A stretch of DNA of 64,000 nucleotides from Eledone cirrhosa (taxonomy: Eukaryota): contig OZ024745.1 of NCBI GenBank assembly GCA_964016885.1, positions 73,408,001-73,472,000 of the forward strand, read 5' to 3'. Below are positions 13,151-27,200 of this stretch, piece by piece. Numbering within the stretch: position 1 is the first letter of the stretch; the number at the start of each line of letters is the position of its first letter. A program made the position numbers and the translations under genes. Under the pieces are notes generated by a model. It was not told the origin of the DNA, made no database searches, and was given only the letters and a program-made list of their open reading frames with translations.

Positions 13151-13303
13151 TACATATAGAATGGTATCATTTAATTTTTATACATTTAAAAAAAAAACAT
13201 AAGTGGAAACAAAACAGTGCAATCAAATCTGCGAAATTCAGAGACTTTTAAACATGACCTTTGGTCTTTCACAATCATTCAATATATATATATGTGTGTG
13301 TGT

Positions 13304-13346
<43 letters not shown>

Positions 13347-13537
13347 CGTGTGTGTGTGTGTGTATCTATATATATATATACATATATATACCACCTTCCC
13401 CAGTAAGTGATTTGACAGATGTCTTTAACCCATTGATACCAAATATTATTTGATCAGTAGTTCGTGTGTAAGTATCTAAAGATACGCTAAGGTGAAACAA
13501 TTGTTCTCGGTATGGTGAACTAACTGTTGTGTTACTA

Positions 13538-13585
<48 letters not shown>

Positions 13586-13770
13586 CAAAAGGGATATTTT
13601 CAATTTGTTGGTAATTCAACAAATATAAATGTTTATAACTGATTCAAAGCACTCTACAGATTTTTCTGGAGTATAATATTCAATGATATTAAATAAATGG
13701 AAATTATATTTATAAAACCTTTATTCTATTATATATATTTCAAGGGTACCAAAACTTTGGTACGCTCTCA

Positions 13771-14818
13771 GGTCTTTACTATCCATTCCATAAAATTAAC
13801 GAAAATCTAAATTATGTAAGTTTCAATTCTAATCACCCTAGAAATATAAAAAACACTATTGTCAATAGCGTCCAGCAACGAATTTCACGCATTTCCGCTA
13901 ATAAAAATATTTTTGATGATAAGGCTGAATATTATAATGAAGCTTTACATAGAGCAGGATACTCGAATACAATTAAATACATAGATAACAATAACATGAC
14001 AAATTATCCTAGAATTCATGATAATAACAATAAACAATTCAACTTAAATAGTAAACCAAACAAAAAAACTAGAACTAGAAATACTATTTGGTATTCTCCC
14101 CCATTCTCATTAAGCGTTAAAATACCTTTAGCAAAGCTATTCTTTAAAGCACTAGATAAGTGTTTTCCTAAAGCCCACAGATACCACTCTATTTTTAACA
14201 GACACACTATAAAACTATCCTACTCTACTACTATGAACATAGCACAAAATATAAATAGAATTAATAATAGAAACTTAAATTTAAAACCTAACCAAACAAA
14301 CCAAGATAGCAATAATAATATTTCTAACAACAATATTCATAATAATAGTACCGTTCCTAATAACATCAACTCCAGAAAATATAACTGTAGAATTAAATCA
14401 AACTGCCTTTTACAAAATAATTGCTTAGACAAAAACGTAATTTATAAATGCACAGTTAAAACTAGAGACAAAATATTTAACTATATAGGTGCCACTTCTA
14501 CAAAATTCAAAGAACGCTGGTACCACCATAAACATATATTTAATAGATCCGATAAAAAAATCTTCCACTTCACTTTCACATTTAATTTGGAATTTAAAAG
14601 ACAACAATATAGACTATTCAATATCTTGGGGAACGATTTCGAAAGCACCTGCATACCGAAATATGGCTTTCTCAAGAATCTGTCATTTGTGTATCGAGGA
14701 AATTTTTTTATATATTTATATAATTAACTGTCAAAACTCTATTAATCTTAAAACAGAATTATTTTCTAGTTGCAGACATCGCCAAAATTCCACTTTCAGA
14801 AGTATCTTTAATTTATGA
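13771..14818 (+). pseudogene. PLE RT thumb plus GIY-YIG endonuclease, one frameshift near 14555
   Basis: YYPFHK..SNHP..., WYSPPF, NCRIKSNCLLQNNC, VIY..YIG, CHLCIEE, CRH. Confidence 0.9.
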
Positions 14819-15977
14819 TTTTCATTACACTTGACTATATCTTATACAGCTTTAAAATGATCCTATTATTTACTGAGTATTTTTTTAAACATTTAATTTA
14901 AAAAAAAATGATCTTCTTCTTAATTTTAATATTTTTACCATTTGACATTATTTTCCTAATGATACTCTTCTAAATCTATTTTTTTAGATGTAGATTGATA
15001 ATCTTTAATTGACATTCTGAAAGATATCCTCTTTACGATAGTTCTTCGAAATGCACAATACTTTTTTTCCTCTTTATTGATCTTCAAACTTTTCACACAT
15101 CTTTCGACTAAAATAATCTATAATTGAAACTCTCATCCTTGAAAAAATTAATCTCACACAAAATAATATATAATTTTCTGTACATACTTTCTGAGTAAAT
15201 CATTCATCAAATTTAACGGTTAGCAAATAAGATTGGAGTTATCTTTTCCTTTACAATTGAGCAAACATAAACATTATAACATGTATGATAAACTATATAA
15301 CTTCGCTAATTTAACAATATTCTGAAAACATTTTCAATGTTGGAACGAAATATTTGAATCTATAAATTGTTCCCCTCTTACAACTTGAACTACGTCTTTT
15401 TCTTAAATTTTTTATGTAAAATGCAAAATCAACTTCCTTCGTAACTCATATGAGAAATGTAAACAACTAATAATTGTGATTTATTTCTATAAAATCACCA
15501 ATAATACTTAAACTTACACAATTATTAATCTATATAGATATTTGTATAGTTACAACCTGTTGTAATGTAATAAGATAAAATGTACTTACAACCATAATTC
15601 TTCATATAATCTAATTGATTATATATACAATATTATAACTCATAATATAGCTAAATAATTTTTTAAATTCTGGAATCATATTCCACCATTCCTACAAACT
15701 TTCTTTTTAAATTAACGTAAATACAAGCTCTTCTTTCTTTCTATTTCTTCTTCCTACACATACATACACATATCCTAATAATTATTTAAATATACATATC
15801 ATCTAAAAATAACGTTTCTTTTCAACCCTATACCTCAACCTCATTTGCATACTCATCTTAATAATTTGAAATATTTGACTTTTCTTCTCTTTCCCTTCTT
15901 TCCTTCACTATCCAGGAAAAACTTGAACTGTTAAGTTCTTCTTCCTGGTTATGTCAATATTTATAAAACAAACTTTG

Positions 15978-16038
15978 TATTTTATCTGATGAGAGCGTAC
16001 CAACATTTTGGTAACCCTGAAATATATATAATAGAATA
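15978..16038 (+). ncRNA. Type I hammerhead ribozyme (family A relative)
   Basis: CTGATGA 15986-15992; tacca/tggta stem; GAAA 16019-16022; tatatata; stem I ttttat/atagaa. Confidence 0.7.
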
Positions 16039-16078
16039 AATATGGTTTTATAAATATAGTTTCCATTTATTTAATATC

Positions 16079-16127
<49 letters not shown>

Positions 16128-16739
16128 TTGTGCGTCTGTGTCTAAATATGTATGTTTGCATGCAAGAATGAATACACTAAGCTTTAGATTTAGTAGAAAG
16201 TACAACCACTGATTCCAGCTATTTGCACTATCGTATATTTTGGTCTCTAGAAATTCCCTGGGGAATTCGTTGACCAAATGCTTTGCTTAATTGTTTTATT
16301 TATTTTTAAAAAAATTTATTCTGTCTCTTAGATTTCAGGTATTTTTTGAAAGCAAAGCATTGGCCCCTAACATACTACAGTGGGCCATGCAATGCTACTG
16401 TGGGCTCTTGCAATTCTACTGTGGGGCCCCTGGGGTCCACTTGCCATTGAGCAACCTGGCAACCTGGCCAGTCCACCACTGCATATATGTATATTTCAAT
16501 GCTGTTTCTTCGGGGGATTGGTTTCACAAGCGGTGCCCAGTCGCAAGTACGTGTACTTTAGGATAGTGGCTAGAATGTCCCAGAAAAGAATCCCTGGACA
16601 TATTGGGTGGAGCCAGTGCCGCGACAGGGACGCATGGGAGGGAGTTTGGCCGGCCGAGGTGATAAACACAACTTATTTGAGCTATTTTGTAGGCCAGCAA
16701 GGAGCTCACCGACCCTCAGTGATTTACTTATAATGATTT

Positions 16740-17106
16740 TTACTTTAAGCACAAGGCCAGTAATTATGGGGGAGGCGAAGGTCGATTATATCGACACCAG
16801 TACTTGACTGGTACTTTATTTTATAGACCGCAAAATGATGAAATGCAAAGTTGGCCTAGGTGAGCTTTGAACTCAGGACGCAAAAGGATGGAACCAAAAG
16901 TGCTAAGCATTTGTACTCCGTTCTAACAACTCAGTCAATGCAACACTCTGAGTCACCGACAATTAAATCGACATTTCCGGTGCTTTATTTTAATGAAAGA
17001 TAAAGCTAATTTCAACGGGATTTGAACTCAGAACGCAAAGGGACGTAACTCTATGCTGCAAAGCATGGTGTCCTACGCTCTGCAAATACTGCCAATCCAC
17101 CGCTCC
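16740..17106 (-). mobile_element. Two decayed Nin-type SINE copies
   Basis: Reverse-complement matches: gcacaaggccag, tggtactttatttt, ttgaactcag, ctgccaat. Confidence 0.75.
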
Positions 17107-17230
17107 AAGTCACTTACATATAATGACAAGGATAAAAGTGAAACAAAATAATTTACCTATGCTTCCATCTTTAAGAAAAATAGATGAACCAACGTAACTC
17201 GCTTGTCTAGTTGGAATGTACACACACGCG

Positions 17231-17320
<90 letters not shown>

Positions 17321-17710
17321 CACACACCAAATATAAAGGCTAATGATGGAAAATTTCCACACAATACTTGAACTCCCTAAAAAGGTTTTCGTAAAATGAC
17401 CACCTACCGTTTTTATAAATAACTGCAATTTTAGTTTGACATTAGGTTGGTGGTGTTGTCCTCAGATATACACTGACCTACTTAACAACAAAGCATTCTT
17501 AAACATTTAGAGTTCTTTGACCCGGAACCGTTGACCTCTTCCGCTCCTACAAAGCTTTCACAGCCAATGCTACCCGCTCTTCTCTCAGTACTTATCATAA
17601 ACATACACTGCAGCAGACAATATATTAATATGACAGTTAGATTTGATTGTTATTCCTTTATCTTTATCCATCCATACACACATACATTTATCCATACATC
17701 CATACATACA

Positions 17711-18309
<599 letters not shown>

Positions 18310-18932
18310 TCGTACAGAGGTATGTATGTATGTATGTATGTATGTATGTATGTATGTATGTATGTATGTATGTATGTATGTATGAGGGAGCTTATAGATA
18401 GGACAACACACGCTGTCTTTTCGTGGGGTAAGTTTTTAATTAATTTTTGTATTCTGAAACATCAAAATACAACAATTTGTTGGTCACTGGACTCGGGAAT
18501 GTCACGACAGAAGTTTGTGGAAGTTACACAAATATTTTAGTATATTTTAGCAGAGCAATCCTTATTTATATTTTACATTTTACATTTACTTACATCTCAA
18601 TATAACATGGCTAAAATTCAAATTTTGCAAAGAGAAGAAAACGGACAAATAAACTAGATACATCGCACTGTCCCCCGCCACCACAATAACTTCTACACTC
18701 TCTCCCCACCATCACATGCCATTACCCTATCTAGACTAAAGTCATCGACCTGTTGTCAAACTATTTACTCTCTGTTGAATGTGTATATATATATATATAT
18801 ATATATGTAGGAGGTGAGTTTTATTGTAGTACAATAAAGCAATGCAGATATCGGATAAGAAGCACTCTACAGTTTGTAGGACTGGAGTATACATAATATA
18901 AGATCAAAAGATGGTTAAAGGAGTTCCATGTA

Positions 18933-18999
18933 TTTTATTATGCGCATTTCAAAAACAAACATCATCATGCAATAATATTTGTGTTTTCATCAGATAAAA
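18933..18999 (-). ncRNA. Type I hammerhead ribozyme (left arm of palindrome)
   Basis: Exact reverse complement of 19122-19188. Confidence 0.75.
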
Positions 19000-19121
19000 C
19001 AGGAGAACATGATATGAAGGCTAAAAAACACTTGTGGATAGTGCAGTTTTAAATCAACATATGTTGATTTAAAACTGCACTATCCACAAGTGTTTTTTAG
19101 CCTTCATATCATGTTCTCCTG

Positions 19122-19188
19122 TTTTATCTGATGAAAACACAAATATTATTGCATGATGATGTTTGTTTTTGAAATGCGCATAATAAAA
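19122..19188 (+). ncRNA. Type I hammerhead ribozyme
   Basis: ttttat-CTGATGA(19128)-long stem II-GAAA(19171)-T-gcgc-ATA-ataaaa; palindromic loop III. Confidence 0.75.
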
Positions 19189-19542
19189 TACATGGAACTC
19201 CTTTAACCATCTTTTGATCTTATATTATATATATATATATATGTATGTATATGTGTGTATATACATCACTCAGTCAAACGACCAGATTTCAACCCCAACA
19301 TCTACAACAACAACAACACCGGCACTAATGTTTACAGCAACAACAGCTTCAGAATGAACTGAAATGAACATTTACAACAACAACAACAACAACAGCGGCA
19401 TCAAAAGATTTAAAAAAACAACAAAAAAACTCAAAATAACAAAACACACACACACACGGACACAACACAACAACATCAACTGCCACCACCACCACTACCG
19501 CCGCCGCCATCACCAGCGACCGGGCCTTAAGGAAACAACTTT

Positions 19543-19700
19543 AATAATAATTTTTCTGCTTTTGGCACGGATCCAGCGACTGGCCCAGCGCATCACTGGT
19601 ACTCTCTTTTGTTGACTCCGTGGGGATGAAAGGCAAGGTTGACCTCGGCGGGATTTGAGCTCAGAGCGTGGAGGGCCGTGACTCTATGCTGTAAAGCAAT
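19543..19700 (-). mobile_element. Nin-type SINE (paralogue ~31352-31505)
   Basis: Reverse complement of the SINE body: gatgaaaggcaaggttgacctcggcgggatttgagctcag. Confidence 0.8.
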
Positions 19701-19801
19701 TATAATAATACTGGACTGTAGTACGATCGGCTTCAACTATACAAACTCTTGAAAGTCAACAGTTGACATAATCTTGTAATCTTGTATCAGTAATGACGGT
19801 A

Positions 19802-19835
<34 letters not shown>

Positions 19836-19974
19836 AAGTGAGTAGAGTAGCGTGTGTGTGTTTGTTTGTATGTATGAGTCTTGCTGTGTGCGCGCATATG
19901 TATGCGCGTGTGTGTATGTCGTACGTATAAGTGTCAATAAGTGATTTTTTTTTGCGCGGGGACATAGAAATAAT

Positions 19975-20232
19975 CGGGCTGGATGCCCGATCGCGCAGTT
20001 AAACCACTGGGAGTGAAGAACCCCTAGCCCTTGTCAGGGCATTCTTCTAGGAAAGGCACCTCAGGAAACTGGGTTAACTCCGACATAAAACCTGCGGCTC
20101 AGTAGTTACCGATGATGTTGATCTTTTCTTCTTTTCGGGTTATAGCTACTGTCGCTCAGAGAGTGGGATTGGCTCAGTGCACAGTCTTTCATCACTTTAA
20201 AAATATTCGTCACGCACAGGCATTGCACGAGT
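19975..20232 (+). mobile_element. RTE-family 5' UTR segment (paralogue 31795-31918)
   Basis: gttaaaccactgggagtgaagaacccctagccc..ctaggaaaggcacctcaggaaactggg, homologous to 11905-12121. Confidence 0.75.
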
Positions 20233-23200
20233 GCATTTACACTACATCCAACACAACACCAGCATCACAGAAAAAGACTACACAACAACCCCAAAATTCA
20301 CACCACCTCCACACATACAAATCACTCGCATCACACAGAAAACGTACATGACACTAAAACAAAAATTCCCCAAAGACATCGGAGACTTCCGACAAGCACT
20401 CTCCAGGAGGATTTATAAGGACATCCTTCCTGAGGAGGCCACAAGCAGTGAAAAGGATGGAAAAACCGTCCTTCCCCTACGAGAAGTAAGGTAAGTGGTC
20501 TTTCCCATCTTTTCCACTCCTTTTCAACATGACCTCACTCAGAATAGGCAGCATAAATGCGCGTGGCTTGGGGTCGTCATGGAAGCAGGGCCACCTGCTC
20601 AACGACCTCAGGTCACTAAACATAGATGTAGTGGCCATCAGCGAGACCAGAATCTCCGAAGCACAGGCTTTCGCACCGATCTTCGGCGGCTACGATGTGT
20701 ACGCATCTCCCAGCCGTCCGGGATCGGGGGGTGGAGTTGCTGTGCTTTTTCGGAGAGGTTTGGATCTTGCCATACGGGCCATCTTCCTGGACCCAGAAGG
20801 TAAGTTGGTGGTGCTGGACGTGACCAGCGGAGACGGACAAGCTTTCAGGTTAGTGGCCGTCTATGCCCCGACAGGAGTAGGGCGGCCTGATTTCTTCCGG
20901 CGTCTGGAGACTTTTCTTGGAACGTCCCGCTCTTTAGTGTTAGTGGGCGACTGGAACGGGATCTTAGATGCACGCTGGGATTGTGTGGGATTAGTGGATA
21001 GGGAAGGAGGGTGCAAGAGTCTCACCAACCTGCTCAGACGTTTTGAACTGTCTGACAGGTACCGAATGGATTTCCCGAATGTGCCAATGTGGACTTGGAC
21101 AAATCGCATAGGGTCATCCAGATCATATCTAGATAGAGTATTTTGTAGGGAAATAGATAGGTCTAGCATAGGCTGTCCACAATTCAAGATAGTCAGCTAC
21201 ACGGACCACAAATTCGTGATCTGTGTGCTTGACTTAGATAGGCTTCATAGGCGAGGACCCGGTTACTGTAAGCTAAACGCGTCCTTACCAGCGCGCAAGG
21301 CCTACAGAGACCGGATTAGCGAACTAGTTAAGCGGGCGCTGACGGGGGCCATCGTCAACAACAAGTGGTGGTTTGCTCTGAAAAGAGCAATTAGAATAGA
21401 GTCCATTAGGTTGAGTAAGACTTTAGCAATAGAGAAAAATAGAGCAGAGGGAGAACTAGTTAGAAAATTAGACGAGGCGCTTAGCAAAGGCATCGCGACC
21501 GACGTGCTTGCGGCGAAATTGGCCCTTGACCAATTCTTCAATGCAAAGCACGAAGGCTGCGTTGTCAGAGCTAGGGTGCGTGCTCTCAGACACGAGGGGA
21601 CGAAAGCCGTTCAATGGGCCCGAGTGGCGGAGGCGCGTCGTGGCAACAAAGCCACGATCCGGTCTTTGGTGGACCACGACGGGCGCATGCTACTCGATCC
21701 CGGGCAAATGTGTGAAGCTTTTCAGCGACACTTTGCTCAACTGTTCGGGGGCAGTGGCGGGCCGGATCGAGGGATGGACTTTAGTGTCTACCTCGACGGA
21801 CTGCCGCGGCTTTCGGCCACTGAGGCGGAGTGTTGCGAAAAGCCGATAACAACCGCTGAAGTACGGGATGCAATGACTAGTTGCACAAGGGGTAAATCGC
21901 CTGGTTTGGATGGTCTGCCCTATGAACTTTACGTACAAATGCCAAACTTGTTCGGAGGCCTCTTGGCGGACGTCTACTGCAACTGGCAACAGAACGGGAG
22001 AATTCCCAGCTCTGGGAGCCGAGGAGCGGTGGGGCTGTTGAGAAAGGATCCGAACAAGGGGGATAACATAGATAATTTTAGGCCCATAACTCTGCTAAAC
22101 ACAGAGTTCAAGATTTTGGCCAAGGTGCTAGCAAAGAGGTTGGCGCTTGTCATTGGTGGTCTGGTGGGAGAGGCACAGACAAGCGCCATTCCCGACAGAT
22201 CCATCCACGACAACCTCCACCTCATGCGATACATCGTAGAGAGGGTAGCTAGGGAACCTAGCAAGGGTGGGTCTTTGATCAATTTAGATCAATCGAAAGC
22301 CTTCGATAGGGTCGACCATCGTTACCTAGCGGCAGTCCTGAGGGCGGCTGGCTTTGGGCCCGTCTTCAGAGGCTGGATCGCTGCCATGCACAGCGACATC
22401 TGCTCTGTAGTGAGAGTGAACGGTCAGCTTTCGGAACCGTTCAACATCATGCGCTCGGTCCGCCAAGGATGTCCCCTCTCGTCCCTATTGTACGTATTGA
22501 CTCTCGAGCCATTACTACACAAACTGGAGACGTTGAGGGGGTCCCGCGCGAACTAGGATGCGGAAGATCCGTGTCAGCATATGCCGACGATGTCACCGTA
22601 GTGGTGTCGAACGCCAAACACATCGAGGCGATCGGCACTACATGAAGAGAATACGAAGCGGTGACAGGAGCAATGATCAACCAGGAAAAGTCAGTGGGCC
22701 TGCAGCTCGGCACCTGGAGAGGCAGGTCCATGCCGTCCAACAGCGTCGTCGGGCGCTGGACGGACGGACCGGTTAAATTGCTAGGAGTCTGGTTCGGTCC
22801 AGACCTCCAGACGGACAAAAACTGGGACGAGGTGACGAGCAGGGTGGCCTCTCTCACCCAAAAATGGGCCGAGAGGAAGCTATCCCTGAAAGGTCGAGCG
22901 CAGGTGGCGAATGCGTACATCGCATCCGTCATCTACTACCGCCTGACCGTCGTACCTTGTCCTAAGCCCCGCCTGACTGCGCTGGAGCGTCTGCTCTTTC
23001 GCTTCTTGTGGAAGGGACGCGCTCCGATGGTCAGGCGGTCCATCTGCTGTCAACACCCGCTACGTGGAGGGCTGGGCATGCCGTGGCTGATGATGCGCAG
23101 ACACGCGCTCAGGCTACGACATCTCCACCTCTTCCTCGACGGTGATCAGGTGTGGTCGCCGTTTGCTAGATACGTTTTTCCCCAGTTCGTCTCCTTGACG

Positions 23201-24191
23201 GAGCTGCAGTCCTGGGTCAAGCGAAGACCGAGAGGGAGCGCTTGGAGACTGGAATGTCTTCAGGCGCTCACAGCCCTCGACCAATCGGGCAATGTGATCG
23301 GTGGAAACTCCACCTTGGCGTTCTATAGGGGATTAGTGGAGGGGAAGAGCGACGACGTACTTGGAGAAACTCTAGGCGTCGACGAAAATCAACTAGCCAA
23401 TCTCTTCGGAAGGACTTTCGGGCCGGGGCCTATGGACAACTTCCAGAAATCCCTGGCCTGGCAGTGCTACCTAGGAGCTTTGCCAGTTCGGGATAAACTC
23501 TACAGGCATGGAGGTGCCGTCAGCCGGGCATGTCCGAGATGCGCGCAGGGCGACGAAACCGTCCTGCACGCACTCGTCCAGTGTCCGAGCATTGCTGACT
23601 TGTGGGTTTATGTCGAACACCTGCTGTCACGTGTAGGACGGATCCAGCTATCAGCTGAATCCATCGTGAGGATTGCCCCGCCCCCTTCCTTTAGCCGGGA
23701 AGGGCAGGCAGTTTTTATCTGTCTGGTGGCCATGGCGAAAGAGATAGTATGGTGGACACGTTTGAAAGGGCTGAAGACGAGCACTTACCTCTTCGGTGAT
23801 GCCCTGATTAACTTTTTCAAATTTCATTTGAAAAGGAAAATCAGGGTAGAGAGGGAAGTGCTCTCTTCCCAGCATTTTGTTGAAAGATGGGTGAGAGAAG
23901 CAAGTATGGCCCGAATAAATGGGCCTTCTCTGAGTATGTGTCTGTAAATTAAAGGTGGAAAACTGGGAGAGGGCACTTGCCCTGGTGGTCAGGGCCACTG
24001 TGGTCTTTTAATGGGCTTTCTCCACAAATGTCCCTTGGAAGTCTCCCCCCTATTGGGGAATTTTTCTTTGTTATTTTATTTCAACCTCTGTTTTTTTACA
24101 CGCAGAAATGCCCATTTGTACCGTCCTGTATTGTCCTGTACTGTCCTTAATGTCTACTTTATGTGAACCCGTGTGGTTAATAAAGAAAACA

Positions 24192-24195
<4 letters not shown>
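20233..24195 (+). mobile_element. Tx1/L1-clade LINE, copy 1 (ORF1 5'-truncated)
   Basis: ORF1 end at 20494, ORF2 from 20529, AATAAA 24179-24184, (ATT)n tail. Confidence 0.92.
20529..23947 (+). pseudogene. Tx1-like ORF2: APE endonuclease, reverse transcriptase, CCHC zinc finger; frameshift ~22540 and stop ~22643
   Basis: SINARGL, ISET, GDWN, YLDR, TDH; KSPGLDG, RPITLLN, DQSKAFDRV, VRQGCPLS, YADD; CPRC..ETVLHALVQC. Confidence 0.93.
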
Positions 24196-24222
<27 letters not shown>

Positions 24223-24258
24223 TATTATTACTTTTTTTTTTTTTTTTTTTCCAATTCA

Positions 24259-27200
24259 ATGATGTTCCAGAACAATATAAAAGAGATAATTGGCAATTTA
24301 GGTTCTGGAACAAAAAAGATCATTGGCAATAAGGGCAGGGGCACCAGGTTATCACAGCCTGGGCTCGCTCGTCATCGTGACATTGTAATAGAGCGAAACA
24401 AGGCATTTAGTCTTGGCTGCTGGAACGTACGGACGCTGCTTGACAGGGATTCCTTGGAGCGTCCTGAACGAAGGACCGCTCTTGTTGCAAAGGAGCTTCG
24501 ACGTTACGATCTTGACATCGTGGCTTTATCTGAGACGAGGCTAGCTGGAGATGGTCATCTTACGGAATTTTGTGGAGAATATACATTCTTCTGGAAAGGA
24601 AGAGATGAAGGAACCAGAAGAGAGGCTGGGGTAGGATTTGCTGTTAAGACTGTGCTTGTGAACAAATTAGAAGAATTCCCAGTAGGGATTAGTGAGCGTC
24701 TTATGTCCATGAGAGTTCCGCTGGACAAGGGAAGATATGCTACCCTGGTGAGTGTGTATGCTCCAACTATGAGTTCTGTCGATGAGGAAAAGGTGTCTTT
24801 TTACCATGCCTTGAAAGGTGTTTTAAGAAATATCCCTCAGGCAGACAAAGTCATCGTGCTTGGTGACTTTAATGCTAGAGTGGGTAGGGATTTTAACACA
24901 TGGAATGTAATCGGAAGGCTTGGGGTGGGAATGTGTAACAGCAATGGTATGCTCCTGCTGCAGATGTGTGAGGAGCTGGATCTGTGTGTTACCAATACCA
25001 TGTTCCAACAAAAGAGCAAATTCAAGACCACATGGATGCATCCTGCATCTAAGGAATGGCATCTTTTGGACTACGTCCTAGTCAGGATGCGTGACAGACA
25101 GGATGTGCAGTGTGTTCGTGTTCTTCGTGGAGCTGAGTGCTGGACGGACCACCGCCTGGTACGCGCAAAAGTGAAACTAATCACTAAACGTAAAATCCGG
25201 GCTCCTGGTGTTGCCCTGCCCAAAAGATTGAATGCTGCTCGTCTTAAGGATAAAAATGTGAAGAGGACATTGGAAGAAGAGATGCAGGATGCAGATCTTG
25301 GTGAGGATTGGCCGACCCTTAAAAAGTCGGTTTATGATGTTCTGGGATTGGTGCAGCGAAAACATCAGGACTGGTTTGATGAGAATGATGTACATATAGA
25401 AGACTTATTGGCTGATAAGAGGCGTGCTCTGTCACGCTACTTGACGGCAAAACCACAGGAGAGGAATACGTTGCATGAGGAACTCAGGGATGTAAAATGA
25501 CGTGTTAGGCGGAGTCTTTCTCAGATGAAGGATCAGTGGTGGAGTGAGAAGGCTGGTGAGATACAAACTGCGTCTGAATCCAATAACACAAAGCTGTTGT
25601 ACAGTCTCTTGCGTGAGGTTTATGGACCGTCTTCTTCTCTGGTGACACCGCTTCGCAGCAAGGATGGCAAAGAACTTCTTCGTGACTCACAAGGAATTCT
25701 ACGAAAGTGGCGAGAGCACTTTGATGATCTTTTGAATCAGCCGTCTGTCGTCAGTGAACATTTCCTCAATCTCATTCCAGAAAGTCCTGTGAAAGTAGCT
25801 CTCGCAGAACCTCCGACGCTTGTGGAGGTTGCAGTGGCTATTTCGAAGCTGAACAGTGGAATATCTCCAGGTATGGATGGCATACATGCTGAGCTCCTAC
25901 AATATGGTGGTGAGAGACTCCTGCAACATCTTCACTCTTTGTTTGGCAGGATATGGGCTAATGAATCCGTACCTGAGGACTGGAGAGATGCAGTAATGGT
26001 GGTCTTGTACAAGGGAAAGGGTAACAGGAACGATTGTGGGAACTACAGAGGTATATCATTGCTTTCTGTCGTAGGGAAAGTTTTATGTAGGGTGCTTCTG
26101 GACCGTCTGCTGACACACATTGCAGATTGTGTTCTTCCTGAAAGTCAATCTGGTTTTCGTGCTGGACGCGGCACTACTGATATGATCTTCTCAGCTAGAC
26201 AGCTCCAGGAGAAGTGCATGGAACAGGGCTTGGATCTGTATCAGGTTTTTGTCGATCTGACAAAAGCTTTCGATACTGTTAACAGAGATGCATTATGGAA
26301 GGTTCTCCAGAAACTTGGTTGCCCTGATAAGTTCCTTGCTTTAGTTAGGTCTTTCCATGACGACATGAAGGCTTGGGTTAATGTCGGGTAACATGTCGGA
26401 GCCTATCTCAGTAAAAAATGGAGTGAAACAGGGGGATATTCCAGCACCGACCCTGTTTGCCATATACTTTGCAATGGTTTTCTGTATTGCATTTAGGAAT
26501 TGCGAGCATGGTGTTTACATCCGATATCGAACCTCAGGCAGCATATTTAACATCAGGCGCTTTGCTGCGAAGACAAAAGTATTTACATCAATCATAAGAG
26601 ACCTCTTGTATGTAGATGATTGCGATCTTATAGCGCACACAAAGAGTGATATGCAGCACATTTTGAATGCATTTTCTGACGCTTGCACTGCCCTAGGTCT
26701 GACTGTCAGTCTCAAGAAAACCGTCGTCATGTACCAACCTGCCCCTGGTAAGCAGTACACTGAACCAAACATCTATGTGTATGGCAAACGACTTGGAGTG
26801 GTTGATCAGTTTGTCTACCTTGGAAGTACTGTCAATCGATACAGCAACCTTGACAGTGAAATCTCACTTAGGATTAGGAAAGCAAGTGATGCTTTCGGAA
26901 AGCTAGAAAGGCGACTCTGGGGTCGGCGAGACATATGCAGGAGGACAAAGGTAAAGGTGTACAGGGCATGTGTGCTCTCTTGTCTTCTTTATGCCTGCGA
27001 AACCTGGGTCACATATCGACACCACCTTAAGCAATTGGAGCGTTTCCAACAGATGTGTCTCAGACGGATCTATGGCGTTCACTGGAGGGACCACATCAGT
27101 GTTGTCGAGATTTTGGAAAGCTCTATGTGTGACAGTATAGAAGCTCTTGTGCTTAAGCAACGACTCCGTTGGAGTGGTCACCTTGCCAGGATGAAGGATT

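Larger units (their letters stand above)
13584..16083 (+). mobile_element. 5'-truncated Penelope-like element with inverted 5' pLTR (13584-13770) and 3' pLTR
   Basis: 13680-13770 is the reverse complement of 15990-16083; (TA)n flanks. Confidence 0.9.
12243..16481. mobile_element. Non-autonomous hAT DNA transposon with nested insertions
   Basis: 13-bp TIR cagtggtggactg (12243-12255) / cagtccaccactg (16469-16481); 8-bp TSD catatatg on both sides. Confidence 0.85.
18893..19228. repeat. Perfect spacer-less palindrome formed by a PLE pLTR (centre 19060/19061)
   Basis: ...aaatcaacat|atgttgattt...; arms ~168 bp; located in (TA)n. Confidence 0.92.

Noticed and set aside
17500-17600. Possible promoter (CCGGAA, CCAAT)
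   Set aside because: Short motifs with no associated gene evidence
20616-23998. Antisense and overlapping ORFs within the LINEs
   Set aside because: Shadow ORFs of GC-richer coding sequence with no recognisable motifs
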